Notes: generated from the sequence alone by a model not told the origin. A DNA stretch of 23,916 nucleotides from Tubiluchus corallicola (GCA_030141605.1 JAQGDQ010000856.1:63287-87202); one strand, 5' to 3'. Counted from the first letter of the stretch, positions 1-9,753 are shown. A program made the numbers and translations.

Positions 1-17
1 AGATGGAGTCATTGAAG
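1..17 (+). CDS. 3' end of a coding exon of a pentraxin/LamG-like domain gene (partial, continues left of window)
   Basis: A GAT GGA GTC ATT GAA G|GTGGGT reads DGVIE followed by a phase-1 GT donor. It splices in frame to the 3014 exon and resembles the pentraxin 'xDG' motif that precedes the LxxGQxQ strand. Only 17 nt are visible. Confidence 0.5.
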
Positions 18-582
18 GTGGGTAGCCTGCCTATGCCATATATGTTAAACTAATATCTTATTACCTGATAAAATATTGTATAAAAAACTGATAGGATAGT
101 AAAACGTTTTGAGTTTGTAATTGTTTATTGATGTTGTTGTTTATTGTTGTTTACTGCTGCGATGACTGTGTGGCTCGTGACGCGCTGTGTTATTATTATT
201 TTTCATTATTAGTTCTTTATTTGTCATTAAAATAGTTCACTCATTATAATAAAATTGAGTAAGCCTCAGTGTAATGTTAAGATAACAACACCGTTCAAGA
301 CAAATGCGTCCAGTGCTGACTAAAAAAAACTGAAGTGCAAAACTAAGGCCTAATTATATACAATAAATGAACATATTTACAAACACTATATTAAAATATT
401 TTTAAAAAACAATATTACAAAAATACATTAAATTTTACATGACATGTTTTACACAACATATACATTTGACATGACACAATTAACAGAAACATGCTTTGCA
501 TTACATAAATTTCACTCATTACATTTACACTATTTATACAATCAACATTAGAAAACTAACATAACACGTTTTACATTACGTA

Positions 583-830
583 ATGTTGTGAACAGCCGAG
601 AGGGCACAGCAAACTATCAAAGCTTTATTTACAAAACTGCACATTTGTTCAACGTAGAATATAAGTGTAAATGATGAGCAACACGTGCTAGCCCTCTCAG
701 TCTCCGGGTTACCTCCTAATCTAAGCCAACCCATATTTAGGGGCTTCCCAAAACCTGGCGCTATAACGAGGTTTGACGGTTTGAATGTAATAAGATATAG
801 TGATAGTGATAGTAATACTGATTTAAAACA
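583..830 (-). mobile_element. Putative solo-LTR-like dispersed repeat (copy 1)
   Basis: Begins TGTTGTGAA and ends TTTAAAACA (TG..CA, imperfect inverted ends), with AATAAA on the minus strand. 606-722 is homologous to 3891-4009. No clean TSD, so the boundaries are uncertain. Confidence 0.35.
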
Positions 831-960
831 TACGTGTGCAAATATTTAATGTAATTATATATAATGATTATTTTTATATGAAAATGGTGTACAAAATTTA
901 TCAAGCATTAATAGATCTAAGTATTAACGATTTTCACCTATGCACCTAGTCTCGCATTAA

Positions 961-1411
961 CCCTTTCATACCCATTGTATCCCATGGGATACGAGAATAT
1001 TTTCTGCCTTTAAAATTAATAAAATTTTAAAACTGACAGTTATTTGATCTGTATTGTGCTTTAAGCCAATAACAGTAGACTAAAATGGTGATAAAATGGC
1101 AAACTAGAAAATCTACGTAGCTTAAAAAACTGCGCAAGGTACAGTACTTTAGAGACGACTTTGTACAGATCAGCATAGCATGCATACTAAATGTCTTAAA
1201 TACTTTAGAAAATTATCAACAGTTGGAAAATGAAGCACATTTTATGCTTCAATTGAATCCCAATGTATCCCGTGGGATACAAGCTATATTTAGCACGCGG
1301 GCACAGGTAGAAAAAAGTAATTATTATGTTCAAACAAGATGGACATGCTGAACAAAAGTACCAAGCCCAAAATTTTTTTCTTATTAAAAAAATTATTTGG
1401 GACTGAAAGGG
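961..1411. mobile_element. piggyBac-type MITE
   Basis: TTAA at 957-960 and 1412-1415. TIRs CCCTTTCATACCCA / TGGGACTGAAAGGG (12/14). The near-palindrome GTATCCC(A/G)TGGGATAC occurs twice internally (~977, ~1265). No ORF. Confidence 0.85.
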
Positions 1412-1611
1412 TTAAGGGGCTATAGTTACCAATTATTTATAAAATCCATTTTCGAATTGATGTTTTTAAATACTCTTTTACAAACAGGATCGATGTGTAG
1501 ACTAGTTACTGCCAGAGATTATTTATACTAACAACTTGGGTTATTTTTCATTTAAACAACTTACGTTCGATTTTAATGCTTTTTTCTAAATTCTATAGAA
1601 TGAGTAATTAA

Positions 1612-2226
1612 CCCTTATAGGGTCACGGTTTTTTACAACCGATTTTGGTAACCGGGGGGTAACAAATTACCCCACCATAATTCGTATAAATTACTTTTGA
1701 TAAACCGCCGTGTTTCATTAGTAAACAGCAACAGCATAATTTGTGGTTATGCTGACCACCATAGGATACATTATACCTCTGCCTAAAGACATGTGACTTA
1801 CTAGTAATACGAATTTAAATTCACTTAGTTACGTTCCCTTATCTGTGCTGGAATAACTGTAGACAACCGACATTGCTAGCGCGTGTGCAAAAATCATTGT
1901 TATTTTGAATTTATTGTCTACTACTTTCTTCTTTTAGGTGGAGTAATTTGAGTAACTGACATTTTGTTTTTATCAGATACATCGCCCGTATAATGTACAG
2001 ACAAGCGAAGTAAAGTTTCGACAACTTTAAAAAATCGACATATTGCATTTATTTCGTGGTGAGACAATGCGCCTAAAATGAATAACTGAAAGTATTGTGT
2101 GCACAAAACATATTTAGAAAAAGTCATAGAAAATGTTTACTGGGATGCGTATGGTAAAAGGGTAAAATGCAAAAAACCGGATTGGGGTTAATTTTTTAAG
2201 TCACCCCCGGGGTGACCCTATAAGGG
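1612..2226. mobile_element. piggyBac-type MITE (second family)
   Basis: TTAA at 1608-1611 and 2227-2230. Perfect 15-bp TIRs CCCTTATAGGGTCAC / GTGACCCTATAAGGG. No transposase ORF. Confidence 0.9.
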
Positions 2227-2352
2227 TTAATGTGGCCAGCTTAAGCATATTCGTGCCTGGTGGTTTTCTCCCTTCCTAAAACATTGGCTAATCGTATCGT
2301 ATAAATTTGTGAAATCAAATTAGGCAGTTCGTAGAATTGCTTGGTTTCTGTT

Positions 2353-2378
2353 CCTCCTCCTCCTCCTCCTCTTCCTCC
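2353..2378. repeat. (CCT)n microsatellite
   Basis: Direct CCT triplet run with one interruption. Confidence 0.85.
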
Positions 2379-2455
2379 AGAATCAACCAGAAACCAACCA
2401 GAATCAACTAATCGCAAAATTAAGTAGTAAAAAAGACTAATGCTTCATTTTATCG

Positions 2456-2910
2456 CAGTTGCTCTTGCTGCTGTACATTATTGCTGTTGTTCCTGTTGCT
2501 AATAACGTTGTTCTTGTCATTGTTTTGTTGTCATTGCTTTGTTGCTGCTCTTGCTGTTGTCATTGTTTTGTTGCTGCTGTTGTTGTTGTCATTGTTTTGT
2601 TGCTGCTGTTGTTGTTGTCATTGTTTTGTTGCTGCTGTTGTTGTTGTCATTGTTTTGTTGCTGCTGTTGTTGTCATTGTTTTGTTGCTGCTGTTGTTGTG
2701 ATTGTTTTGTTGCTGCTGTTGTTGTTATCATTGTTTTGTTGCTGCTGTTGTTGTTATCATTGTTTTGTTGCTGCTGCTGTTGTTGACATTGCTTTGTTGC
2801 TGCTGTTGTTGTCATTGTTTTGTTGCTGCTGTTGTTGTTATCATTGTTTTGTTGCTGCTGTTGTTGTTGTCATTGTTTTGCTGCTGCTGTTGTTGTTGTC
2901 ATTGTTTGTT
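2456..2910. repeat. TTG/CTG-derived minisatellite (~26-32 bp unit GTCATTGTTTTGTTGCTGCT(GTT)n)
   Basis: Tandem units with a variable GTT count. This repeat produces the poly-L/C/V/Q ORFs in the track. Confidence 0.95.
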
Positions 2911-3013
2911 CTTCAGTTGTTTGTATCGAATAAATCTAATCTTATCTAATCGTAATCTGGGAAATAAAATATTGGCTTTCAGCCAAAACCCACACTTTAC
3001 TTTCTGTTTACAG

Positions 3014-3181
3014 TTGAGCGTACAAGCGCAAACGTTCAGCCACTCAGAGCTGGTGCGGAGAGAAGGCTGATAGTTGGTCAGAATCAGGGCAGTCTGGGTA
3101 CAATTGATTCTAATCAAGGTTTCCAGGGCAGCATCACTGGAGTTACGATATTCAACAGAAAACTGGACGTCATGGAACCAA
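3014..3181 (+). CDS. Internal coding exon, pentraxin/LamG-like domain
   Basis: Acceptor TTTCTGTTTACAG| at 3013 and donor A|GTAAAA at 3182; 168 nt, phase 1-1. Encodes ERTSANVQPLRAGAERRLIVGQNQGSLGTIDSNQGFQGSITGVTIFNRKLDVMEP, which matches the pentraxin pattern LxxGQxQ...F.G.I....(W/F).R.L. Confidence 0.8.
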
Positions 3182-3810
3182 GTAAAAGAATTACTTTATT
3201 GCGAACAATGGCGGCTCGTGTATACGTACTATGGTACTGCAGCGCCCCTGTTTTCACTCAGTATTATCGACAATATTCTATATAAAAAGTCTTTTCACTT
3301 TATTTCTTTTTTTATACTTGTGTGGAACAGGAGCACGTGAGGGAAGTACAATTTGCTTCACAGCCCAAGCAACGTGGTGTTCGGTTGTTGTGCGCATGCG
3401 GCCATGCGCACATGTCTGAGATAACACGCTGTACGCTAGCGCTGCTGCTAGGTAGAAAAGTACTGTGTTAAGCACGGTAACAATTGCCACGTGCTTACCG
3501 TGTAATGTCATATTCTTGGATGTGATAAAGTGTAAACTTTGTGTGTGTGCTTAAAACATTTCTTAAGTTCTCTGTCAGTAAGTGAACCACAACAGCTTAA
3601 TTTTGCACAGTTGTCACTCCATGAGATTGTTGCAGTTAAGAAAAGAGGCAGTTCAACACCTGACCTTCAAATATAACTACAACGTTAAAATTAAATATGT
3701 TTGTTACGTTTTATACGGTATTGAAACAATAGCTAAAAATTTTCTGAAGCAGCACCCCCACTAATCTTAGCCACGAGCCGCCACTGATTGTGAAAAAGGG
3801 TCGTTTGACG

Positions 3811-3893
3811 ATAATAACGATAAAGATGATGATGACGACGACGATGATGATGATAACACAATAATAATAATAATAACAACAACAACAACAACA
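3811..3893. repeat. Compound microsatellite (GAT/GAC)n-(AAT)n-(AAC)n
   Basis: Consecutive triplet runs. Confidence 0.9.
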
Positions 3894-4009
3894 GCAAACT
3901 ATCAAGTCTTTATTTAATAAACTACACATTTATTAAACATCAAACGCAACACGGTAAATATAAGAGGATAGTAATGCCAGCCCTCCGTCTTCAAGTCAGT
4001 TCCTAATCT
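3891..4009 (-). mobile_element. Diverged second copy of the dispersed repeat at 606-722 (LTR-like relic)
   Basis: Shares ACAGCAAACTATCAA..CTTTATTTA..AAACT.CACATTT.TT.AAC, AATATAAG, GC.AGCCCTC and TCCTAATCT in the same order. The right boundary may extend further. Confidence 0.5.
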
Positions 4010-4429
4010 CCCCCGAGGTGCGGGCATCAACCACATTTGACTAACTCTCTAATGCGCCATGAGCTTCTGCGCATAAGGATTTACATCATCAATCTTTACT
4101 TCTGAGTCAGCCGGTCGAACATCAGCTGGTCACGTGGTGCCGCACCTAACTAGGCTTCTATCCACGACGATAGTTTAATCTTGCATCGTCAAGCATTTAA
4201 TCTTGAATTATTAATTGAATAATTTAATCGCCAATTTAATCAAAATCAGTATTTAACACAGCTTTGCTTTACTGTTATGCTAATAATGTTCAAGCAGCAT
4301 TTTAGGGCATTTTTACTGCAGTGTAATCAGCAGTTTCACCCCGATTTTTACGGATTATTGCTACACATTAAAGTGCTACACACCAAATCATTACACCAGC
4401 CATTTTCATTCAGTTTGACTTTATTTCAG

Positions 4430-4629
4430 TGACTATGTATCAGAGTGGATCATGTGTGACTACAAATGGTGAACTGTTCAACTGGGCGGAAAGTTCAATA
4501 ACACTAATCAGTCTTGCCGCCGAACCTTCTACATGCCCTACAGACATGATTATACCAATGCCAGAAGTACCAGCCGGATATGAACTGGTCACCACGAATC
4601 AAACTATTTGTTATTCTAACATGTCTCAA
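4430..4629 (+). CDS. Coding exon completing the pentraxin-like domain (3' boundary uncertain)
   Basis: Acceptor TTTATTTCAG| at 4429, phase 1, compatible with the 3181 donor. Encodes TMYQSGSCVTTNGELFNWAESSITL..., similar to the pentraxin C-terminal C...GxxxxW motif. Only weak donors are present (GT at 4623 or 4630); the frame stays open to TAA at 4764. Confidence 0.65.
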
Positions 4630-4775
4630 GTTCAGCTCGATTTTCTTTTGTATTTCATCCGAAAGACGGCAGCACTGTTGTGCGTCCTGTACGAAAAAGT
4701 CACGCAACTGCACAATTTGGTGTCATCGTTGCGTCCGTACTATTATTTAAATATTTTTACTTAAATGAGGAGTAA

Positions 4776-5121
4776 GGGTAAGCATTCTCTACCAGAAATC
4801 GAATTCGAATCAAATCGAATTTCAATATTTCGAATTCGATTTGAGTTTGAAACATTTTCGAACAATTTTTCGAACCCTCGGTAAAAAGCGGACTTATACA
4901 AGGATCATGCATAGGCCCTGTAACTCGATTTTATTCCGCAATAAAACCACTAATAATTAGTTTAAAAATTGTGCACAGAAATAGCTACTAAATACTACTA
5001 ATTTTGTGATGTTTAAAACGTTTTAATCAGAAAATAACGTAAGCGATGAATTATTCGAATCTGTAATTTTAGGTTCGAATCGATTTCGAATTAAAAAAAC
5101 TCGAACGTTCGATGCTAACCC
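4776..5121. mobile_element. Degenerate MITE, probably hAT-like, with TTCGAA-rich subterminal repeats
   Basis: Inverted ends GGGTAAGCAT / ATGCTAACCC (9/10). Dense TTCGAA/TCGAA clusters at 4799-4874 and 5054-5112 surround an AT-rich core. TSD not convincing. Confidence 0.6.
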
Positions 5122-5578
5122 CGGACGAGGACGGACAGGACTTAATGATAATTTGACTGCTACTGTTATCTAATGCAGCACAATAATGCTAATTGAATTT
5201 AGTGTGTTAATGATACAAATTTAGAACGACTGAGATGAGACTGATTTGTTCAGTTTCTAAGTCAGAGATGTTTCGTATCTTTGTGCTGTTACTAGTATCA
5301 GTGTATTAAACTTACAATAACCTATGTTACATATAAACCATTATGTATAAACACAACTAGCCTAATAATTAAAATTTTTGGATGGCATATTTGTATTATT
5401 ATACCTGGTGGAATAAACAACGTCAAAACACTTTGTTTTCTTTCTAGATGAATATTATTTACATGGTTTCTTGCTTCCATTGTGTTGAAATGTGGACAAG
5501 TTAGATTCGAATCTGGATCGGGAATGAACAAAACGTTTGGAATTTTAGTTTTTTTCACTCATGGTTATTAATGTCAAA

Positions 5579-5657
5579 AACCTAGGCACTGGGGGGGGGG
5601 GGGGGTAAGCCAGCCCAACTCAGTGCCGGTGCCAAGCCCGGATAAATAGGAAGGGTT
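5579..5657 (+). ncRNA. Twister ribozyme-like sequence (3' cleavage-product portion, degenerate)
   Basis: GCCGGTGCCAAGCCCGGATAAATAGGAAGGG resembles the twister core GCCGGUCCCAAGCCCGGAUAAA..GAGGG. Stems CCTA(5581-84)/TAGG(5647-50), GCACTG(5586-91)/CAGTGC(5621-26) and CCGG/CCGG. The 5' P1 strand is absent. Confidence 0.75.
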
Positions 5658-6069
5658 AAGGTCAGGAAGGGCATCCGCCATTATGCGCCAAAACCTTCTA
5701 TGAATGAGTCGGTGAGACTTAAAGTGAAAGTCCACAAAGAAGTGGTCAGACCCGCTCTAATCTATGGGCTGGAAGCAGTTTCTCTAAAGAAGACCGAAGA
5801 GAAGAAAATGGGTGTGGTGGAGATGAGGATGTTGAGATGGATGGTGGGAATAACAAGAAGAGATAAAATTAGAAATAATAACATCAGAGGAACAGTAAAA
5901 GTAGTGGAAGCCTCGCAAGATTGCGATGGTATCGACACCTGAAAAGAAGAGTCTGTGAAGATCATGTGGGAAGGGAAGACATAAATGAAGAGATGGTCAA
6001 CAACAGGAATGCGTGGAGAAGACTCATTTACAACGGCATCCCCGAATAGGGAAAAGCTGGGAAGAAGAA
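5580..6069 (+). mobile_element. Non-autonomous, internally deleted RTE-clade non-LTR retroelement
   Basis: 16-bp TSD GTTATTAATGTCAAAA (5564-5579, 6070-6085) and a (GAA)n tail. Frameshifted RTE ORF C-terminal remnants: VVRPALIYGLE...EMRMLRWMVGITRRDKIRN, RLRWYRHLKRR, NRNAWRRLIYNGIPE*. Confidence 0.9.
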
Positions 6070-6321
6070 GTTATTAATGTCAAAACAGATTCCTGTAAAA
6101 ATAGCACTGCCTCGTGGTCTGACACGAGAATGAAATAAAAATGTCCATTGCTTTTTCATATTATGTTCAAGTGGTCACTGGTCAGAAAATGTCTTGTGTC
6201 ACACTGCTTCTTTATGTAAAGTCAATTATGCGTGCCTAGTGATATCTGTCATAATTGGCTAGTTAATCACCAATAGGATGACCAAAATAAAGCTAGTCAC
6301 AAGTGGCAGGGCTTTTTTTGA

Positions 6322-7268
6322 TGATTGGTAACAAGTCTGATCGGTAGACCAGTGATCGGTAACAAGTCTGATCGGTAGACCAGTGATCGGTAACAAGATT
6401 GATCGGTAGACGAGTGATCAGTAACAAGTCTGATCGGTAGACGAGTGATTGGTAACAAGATTGATCGGTAAACGAGTGATCAGTAACAAGATTGATAGGT
6501 AGACGAGTGATCGATAACAAGTCTGATCGGTAGACGAGTGATCGGTAACAAGTCTGATCGGTAGACGAGTGATCGGTAACAAGATTGATCGGCAGACGAG
6601 TGATTGGTAACAAGATTGATCGGTAGACGATTGATCGGTAACAAGTCTGATTGGTAGACGAATGATTGGCAACAAGTCTGATCGGTAACAAGATTGATCG
6701 GTAGACGAGTGATCAGTAACAAGTCTGATCGGTAGACGAGTGATTGGTAACAAGATTGATCGGTAAACGAGTGATCAGTAACAAGATTGATAGGTAGACG
6801 AGTGATCGATAACAAGTCTGATCGGTAGACGAATGATTGGCAACAAGTCTGATCGGTAACAAGTCTGATCGGCAGACAAGTGATTGGTAACAAGATTGAT
6901 CGGTAGACGAGCGATCGGTAACCTGTCTGATGGGTAAACGAGTGATCGGTAACAAGTCTGTTCGATAGACGAGTGATTGGTAACAAGATTGATCGGTAGA
7001 CGAGTGATCAGTAACAAGATTGATAGGTAGACGAGTGATCGATAACAAGTCTGATCAGTAGACGAGCGATCGGTAACAAGTCTGATCGACAGACGAGTGA
7101 TTGGTAACAAGATTGATCGGTAAACGAGTGATCAGTAACAAGATTGATCGGTAGACGAGTGATTGGTAACAAGTCTGATCGACAGACGAGTGATTGGTAA
7201 CAAGATTGATCGGTAAACGAGTGATCAGTAACAAGTCTGATCGGTAGACGAGTGATCGGTAACAAGTC
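6322..7268. repeat. 31-bp minisatellite (GGTAACAAGTCTGATC+GGTAGACGAGTGATC), ~30 units
   Basis: Clear tandem periodicity, with occasional lone 16-bp half units. Confidence 0.95.
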
Positions 7269-7626
7269 TATCTGGCTGTTCGTGTCATTGTTCGGACGCT
7301 GCTGGTTCGTTTTCCAACCAAACTTGCAAAGTAAGTGAGATATAAGCGTTAGTTGTGCAATAAAAAATGTTTGACGCAGTTGCCTAGCAACGGCTGAAAA
7401 ACTTCTGAAATTGGTAAATTTGCACTGTTCTGGTTTCAAAATCTACGAACTCTAAAACAGCTGCCGTCGATCCTTATCTGAACAATGTCAGTGCAAAATT
7501 TTGGAATTTTATAATAATTATAACCACAATTATGACGTCATAATTACATCACGAATTGGTCGAGCCTTCTAATTGCTATCATCCTGACTTGTCATAACAT
7601 TAGTTAACATTGTATTGAACTGCTGG

Positions 7627-8154
7627 TGGCACCTCGCCCCCCCCCCCCCGGGGGTGGTTCGGGCCTGCAGGTACGGAGGCGGAGCAGCCTAATAATGATT
7701 TCCACATAACCACAAATAAACAAAACTGAATTAAATAACGCTGAAGATTTAACTGGAAAGAAACTTAAATATTACAAAACCTAAACTAATTGTGACAAGA
7801 TTTTAAACAAATTAAAGAAAAACGGAACAAAGAAATAAAGTGGAGAGACTGGTACCTAACTTGCCCTATAGAGGGTAGTGCGAGAGCTCTAAGTCTGATA
7901 GAAGAAACGCAAGCACAAGAACCACCAACTCTGCACGACCCGATTACCACTCTAGCTCCAAAGTACAGCAGGTTTTTACCCTCCCTTTAAAACCTTCCCC
8001 AAACTAGTCTACATGTCAGAAATAGAGCCAAAATTAAACCTGATTGGTTGAAACCGAAACGTATGAAGATTTAACCAGTAAGAACCGAAATATTTGTAGA
8101 AGAATCATTTAGAGGAGACTTAGGTTTGAACTACTGGTAGCTTTAGGGGTGACA
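7627..8154. mobile_element. Possible solo LTR relic
   Basis: Begins TGGCACCTC and ends GGGGTGACA (TG..CA, 7/9 inverted), ~530 bp, non-coding, with an A-rich strand bias. No TSD seen. Confidence 0.25.
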
Positions 8155-8630
8155 TGTAACACTAGTTTGGTAACCATGCCATACTTTGGAATAAAGGTAG
8201 AGGTTGCGCGGAGCGGGCCGCTAAAGCGCATGCGCTACAATATTAACATTTTTTGTAGAAGGACATTAAAGACGTACAAACGCGTTAGTCAAACTAGTAA
8301 CGAAATTTTCTTGTCACTGAACATTCTGAATAATCATTCAAGCATAACGACGCTAGGAGAAAATAATTTTTTGTGAAAGTAAAGAAATTAATTTAAATTA
8401 AGTTATGAAATTTACTGGTCTTGTCAACGTGAATTAATTATTGATGTTTCACTCGAAATGAACAGAATGAGATGCTTTTAAATTTACTAACTAACTAATT
8501 CAAAATTGTATGTATTGTGTTATTTTTTGTATAAATTTCTGTTGTTGCTAATTATGTATATCCACCTCTGCAGTCTATTGCATTAATTTGCGAAATAAAT
8601 GATGTATATAAAATAGTTTATACATAGTTT

Positions 8631-9174
8631 ATACTGTCACGTTGAAAACACCGGTTCTCGTCTGATCACCGAAGTTAAGCAACGTACAGCCTGGTTAGTG
8701 CTTGGATGGGCGATCGCCTAGGAATACCAGGTGCTGTAGGCTTGCGGGATGCCCACACTGTATCTCGACACTAGGCGGAGGAGCTGCACAAGCAGCCAAC
8801 GGCTAGAGGGCGGAGGAGGTCAAGTGACCCAGCGGCCATGTGTAGAGGAGTAAACCTTCCAAATCAGGAGTGGAGCCCAGAAGGCGGACCAGTGCAGCAT
8901 GCTCACTGACTCCGGTAGCTCCTGCAGCCAACCTGCTGCCAAACGTATCGCTCTGCTTTCCTTTGGACTACACCAGGGAGGAAGAGAGGGGGTTCCTGTT
9001 GTCTGGGCAACTCAGGATCTCCATACATCTTGCCCAGGCGTTCGCCCTGGAGACGTTCAAGGATCGCACTGCTCAGCCACAGTCGACGCTGCAGCTCCAT
9101 CAATGTGATCAATAACTGACTCTCTTGGCGCACATTCCATTGTCTTCCGAGACAGAAGGAAGTCAACAACAACA
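8631..9174 (+). mobile_element. 5S rRNA-derived SINE (SINE3-type)
   Basis: 5S head, ~420 bp GC-rich body and (CAA)n tail. Flanked by the direct repeat ATAAAATAGTT (8608-8618, 9175-9185). No run of four or more T inside the element. Confidence 0.85.
8638..8743 (+). pseudogene. 5S rRNA-derived head (5' truncated)
   Basis: CACGTTGAAAACACCGGTTCTCGTCTGATCACCGAAGTTAAGCAACG...GGTTAGTGCTTGGATGGGCGATCGCCTAGGAATACCAGGTGCTGTAGGCTT matches metazoan 5S rRNA, including box A and box C. The first ~10 nt are missing and no oligo-T terminator follows. Confidence 0.92.
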
Positions 9175-9361
9175 ATAAAATAGTTATCTAAAATACAAAA
9201 TAAAACTAAAATAAAAGTTTTCTCTCAGTGAGAAAACTCGCTAGTCTGAACGTGCCATTAGACTATAATTGAAATAACGTTTTGCCTTTATGTTGCTTAT
9301 CCAAGTAAAATGTACTTCTGTTTCAGTAAGTTCACTGTTTCAATGGTACATTAAATGTGTG

Positions 9362-9519
9362 CAGTGCCTATTTCAGGGGGGGGGGGGAAGTGGGGATACT
9401 TCCCCGGGGCCTCACCTTCTAGGGGGGCCTCGCGCCAAGGTAACATTTTTTTGTTTATGCGAACATACTGCCTCCTCTCTCTCTCTCTCTCTCTCCTTCT
9501 CTCTCTCTCTCTCACACTC

Positions 9520-9618
<99 letters not shown>

Positions 9619-9654
9619 ACTCTCTCTCCCCCTCTCTCTCTCGTTCTCTTTCTC

Positions 9655-9753
<99 letters not shown>

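Noticed and set aside
2459-2949. Cys/Leu/Val- and Gln-rich ORFs
   Set aside because: They are translations of a TTG/CTG minisatellite, open in several frames on both strands.
5700-5942. Stand-alone 80-aa protein gene
   Set aside because: It is a frameshifted remnant of an RTE ORF inside a TSD-bounded insert.
6293-7439. Six overlapping minus-strand repetitive ORFs
   Set aside because: Artefacts of the 31-bp repeat; the same peptides recur in all frames.
8638-8743. Functional 5S rRNA gene
   Set aside because: The 5' end is missing, there is no oligo-T terminator, it is not in a tandem array, and it is fused to a tailed body with a TSD.
8870-9175. Short ORFs in the SINE body; telomerase RNA interpretation of the pseudoknot
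   Set aside because: The peptides have no recognisable motifs. No telomeric template (e.g. CTAACCCT) lies next to the pseudoknot, and the context is a retroposed element.
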